Notes under the pieces: model-generated
Told to the model about the DNA's origin: nothing
Databases searched by the model: none
Seen by the model: the letters and a program-made list of their open reading frames with translations, nothing else
Part shown: piece by piece, positions 27,881 through 32,113 of the stretch
Layout of the letters: every line of letters starts with the position of its first letter
Position numbering within the stretch: the stretch's first letter is position 1
From: Rotaria socialis
Taxonomy: Eukaryota
Length of the DNA: 32,113 nucleotides
Direction of reading: 5' to 3'
Assembly: GCA_905331295.1 (NCBI GenBank)
Contig: CAJNYD010000353.1
Coordinates: 1 to 32,113 of the forward strand
Made by a program: the position numbers and the translations under genes

Positions 27881-29657
27881 GAAGTCGATATGATCATTTA
27901 CTAAATTAATTTGCTTCTTCGTCTGACGTTTTCTATAAAAATGTTAAATTTTTCACAAATGAATACAAACTATTTTTGAAGAAAAATAAGACAAATAATC
28001 ACTTTAAATATTTAGATAATTTTAAATCAATTGAATAGAATATATTGAAGAACTAATTTGAATCGATCTATTTTCAATGCTTGAATATTTTTCATTTAAA
28101 ACTTTTTCTAACTTGCATCATCTTAAAATTATAATATGAGATTTAGATTCTAATTAGCTGATGGCAAATACTTTAGCATACTTCTAGTCTCTCTAGATTC
28201 GTTTCGACAGCAAATTTACTAGAAATTTCCACTATGTCTAAGTTTCATATCAATATAGTTGAATAAAATATTTATCTCGTTAGCTTTATTCAAATACATG
28301 CACTCTTTTCGAAAGATAAATGTTTTAATTTTCTTACGAAACCGATCATGTGCCCCTTGAAATCTAAACTAAAACTTAAAATGATTGTGAAAAAACTAAA
28401 TAACTTGAAAACAAAGGACAATCGTTTATTATTCAACAACAGTTACAATGGAAATAGACAATTCTATTTTACGACTCCTTTACAATTCTAATGCTATATC
28501 ATAATCTAAAAAAATAATAGTAATTTGTTTTATGTTCACAAATAGTTTCCATACATCGATGACTTATATTAAACTGATTAATCACTAATCAGAAGAAATT
28601 TCTTTAGATTATCTTTTATTTTTATTTTAATACTAATTTGATTTACTTGATGCTATCGTTATTTTCCAGGTCTCTTTCACGATTATATTCAGAAGCTGGG
28701 TTACGATCAAAAGATTGGATGACAAACTGCAGTAAAAAAAAATGACTCATAGAAGTAGTTCATAATTCAAAAACAAACATCTGCCTTATCTCGAGTAGTT
28801 ATGCATCGTTTTAAATTCTTAGAAGAGAGTATAGTCCATGTTTTAGAGCCTTCTAGTTTATGCTATTTTCAATTTTCTGAAATGAAGGTGTCTTTCATTA
28901 AATAGTGGTATTAAGTTCAAAGAAAAAATTCATTCGACTAAAGAATGATTCGTTAGCATACGAAAAATTTAATCGAGCTAATTTTATTCCTTTTAATACT
29001 CTCTTCAAGAGACTATTATTAATTAGTCAAGCTGTTTGTAAGTTTCTTATATGTAAATAGTAGACATGTTATTTTGAAAGTTACTGATAGAATTAGCCAA
29101 ATTTAAATTTTGCTATGAAGCTAGAGCGTACCAATAAAGATACTAAAACGAGACTTATGGTTTTTATATTTAAAAAACTGGGAATTCATTTCTTGATACT
29201 TTCTCAGTTTTAACGAAGTAGATTTTCTTACACAAAAAAAAACATGATATTAGTTTGAATTATATTAAGCACTTGATCTTTTCCTCGTTTTAATTTCGTT
29301 CGTTTTTCTTTCTGAATTGATATTATATATATGTAAATATTCATCATTAGACACTAATAGATATGTCGAAGATTTTGTTTTTGTGATGGATGCATTTATT
29401 TAGCTTTTACAATGCACAATAACAGAGTCAATTCACTTTTTTTTTAGCCGACAATGACTTAGATTAAAACATTAAAATAATACTAGCGTAAGAGAATAAT
29501 GTAAAAATTGTTAAGTTATAATTTCCAAAAAGCTTAAATTTATATGTAAGAGATTTTTGTATGCTTACATATGAACTAATTAAAACCTCGTTCTTGTCCT
29601 GATTTCTTATTCGGAACTATACATTAATAATATTATAACAGTCCATTATATAATATC

Positions 29658-30008
29658 ATGTCATATATTATTCATAGCTCTTTATATTTAATTTCGAAAA
29701 ATGACGCCAATGCATCTTCAGAATATATTTCAATTGTAGACTTCAGCTTATATATTACAGATTTGCTTCGTTTTATTTGTCCGTTTATTTTCTTCTATCT
29801 ATTTTTGACCTTTTCAAAACTGTACCGAAAGAAAATGACATTAATAATATTAAGCGTTTATTGTCAATTACGTTTATTATGGAAAACAAATAATGAGGAT
29901 TATAATGATACTAAAAATGTGACATGAAATCCTAGCTCAATCAGACAAACTCAACGTCGGAAGGAGCAAAACCAAGTGACTTTATCAGTTACTGCAACAG
30001 TCGAATAA
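29658..30008 (+). pseudogene. Probable class A GPCR C-terminal remnant (TM6 end, TM7, helix 8, tail) with an in-frame TGA
   Basis: SYIIHSSLYL...SEYISIVDFSLYITDLLRFICPFIFFYLFLTFSKLYRKKM resembles a TM7 (FYIY-like) segment plus the S..F/YR helix-8 motif. The frame continues 26 aa past the TGA at 29925-29927. No intact upstream exons were found. Confidence 0.45.
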
Positions 30009-32113
30009 TTACTCAGCAAGAAAGCTGAGTCTTTGTATGCATCCTAATTCATCAAATTGTATATAGTGTATTTAAAGCATGTTCTCTTAATTTGAAGCTG
30101 TTACTTTTATTGTACGAATCTTCTAACTGTTGCGAATAAAAATTAGTGCTTTTTCACAATTTCATCAATTAAGTAATGATAGACATGCTCTTTTATCGAA
30201 TAGTTTTAAATACAATAATTTTAAAACAATCAATGAACATTCATAAAAGACATTCAGCAGCACGAAGCGTAATGGATGGAAATTGAAGGAACAATGAAAA
30301 GAATTCAAAAGATTTCTGGACTTTCAGGCTTCTAATATGAACTTTTCTATTATAATACACAATCTTCCGTCGAAAATTTTAAGCCTAACTTTTATTTTGG
30401 GAACAGAATTTTCAAATAAGTTCAATTGATTGATCGTTATTTTCTGAAATACTGATATCAAGTAGGTTTTTTTAAGATTAGCTGAAGAAATTGTTATTTC
30501 ATAAAATCATATTAATAGGCAGCTATTTTAATTGGCAGGCTCTTTCATGCAATTTTTCAGTATTTTATAATGGAGAATCAAAAACATAATCAATTAAATT
30601 GAACCGATAGAATACGCAAGTAGAACGAGTCAAAAAAAATACTAGCTACTATGATTTATTCGCAAATCCTTCATGAATAGACTCTAATTGTAATCTATGA
30701 ACACAATCAGACATTAAAAGATATCAATATTTTCTTATATACACTACAGAATAAAACATATACTTGCAAGCGGCATCGGTATGCATTATACTCTGCCGAT
30801 CCTTGATTAATCATTTTAAAGTAGAAAGTATTACGACAATAATCAAATATCTTCCTCAAGTGAAATGCACATGCCACAAACAGATTTTAATTAACGAAAT
30901 TTATATTGATGACAAGAAACTGCATGTTCTATTAAGAACTACTGTGAACGTCCATCATATTTTCTTAATTAAACGAGAAAAAAGTATTTTGTTGAAATAA
31001 ATTGAGTTAATAATCTTTTTTCTTTTAAAATTTGTTATTCTGTTTTAGAATGACGTAACAGAGAGATCAATAATTAAGATGTCTAAAGAGAGCATCTTCA
31101 ATACGTCCCTAGAAGAAAACAATTATAAAATGTTTTTTTGAGAAAATGTATTCACTAGCATGAAAGAAATTATTAACTGTTCAAGAAAGTTCATTTTCAT
31201 TCGCAGAATTTATATCAGATAGAGCTGTTTTCAATGATCTCTTCTGGTTAATTAAAACAGTTTTGATAAATTATTATGGTCTGATGATCAATGTAGAATT
31301 TATCATTTGATAGAAGCTAAAAATCTTGAAATATCTCACATGAGCTTTAATAGATTTTCTAAAAGTATCACATTAAATAAATGTGAATCATGACTAGAAA
31401 TATTAATGTAGAGATTATCTTGTTTAAAAATAACTGATCTCATTAGATTTCAAATTGTCGGTATCATCACCTGCTAATCAATTTCTAGACAGGCTGATAA
31501 GTGCACTTGTTTAAAGAACAAAGATAAAAAAAACATGAAATTCTAGAGGCTTCACAAAAATCTCAAAAAATGTTAATAACATATCACTTAATTCCATGTC
31601 AGAAAATACTTTATTCTTCGGGTAAAACTAATTTTTGAACTATTAGTTTTAAATTATACATGTTCTCAAAGGAAAACACCTAGCCAATTAGAGAAGTCTA
31701 AAAGCAAATGTTTTGTGAAACTCACATATATTTTCGAAGCAAAATAATGAGCGTAAGTTGAATTGTTAGGTTTTTGCGGCTCCCTGTACCCCACCCCCCC
31801 TCTCCCCATTACAGACATAAAACATGAAAAAACTAACACTTCGGTGCACTAATTAGATCAAATTTTTGTACAGATTGATTGGCTATATTCGTCACTGCTC
31901 ATATCAGTAATTAAAATCTAATTTCACTGATTAGAAATCAAGATAATTAGGATTTAATCTCTAATTAATCATCAAAATCTGTCGTTTTTATTATTATAGC
32001 CTATAGTTACGACAATATTATATATTTTTATTATTACAGACGTTAGCAACGAGCGTATGCTACCGCTACAGAAGCTAGCAACTAGTTTATGCTACTATTA
32101 CATTCGTTACTTC

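Noticed and set aside
32040..32087. Helitron 3' end (hairpin plus CTAGT)
   Set aside because: CTAGT is present, but the hairpin is weak and wrongly spaced and no 5' end was identified.

Overview
AT-rich eukaryotic (animal) DNA with many ~50-70 bp GT-AG introns. The intron sizes, base composition and CGT/CGA-rich codon use suggest a bdelloid rotifer, which is an inference and not proven. Six co-oriented + strand genes could be spliced by hand into intact frames: TMEM272-like, two diverged zf-3CxxC (RTP/ZAR1-like) zinc-finger paralogues, DNTTIP1-like, an ELOVL fatty-acid elongase and CPSF3 (CPSF73). Two intron-containing tRNA-Arg(CCT) genes lie antisense inside intron 4 of the DNTTIP1-like gene. 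Non-autonomous DNA-transposon material is scattered through the window: three hAT-type MITEs with exact 8-bp TSDs, a ~1 kb inverted-repeat structure spanning an assembly N, another inverted-repeat relic and a DINE-1/Helentron-like fragment. From ~24.3 kb the window is gene-poor apart from a probable GPCR remnant. The best leads are the intronic, intron-bearing Arg-CCT tRNA pair and the soluble RTP-like 3CxxC pair, one copy of which has a long MITE hairpin in its predicted 3' UTR. All family assignments come from motif recognition by eye, not database searches.
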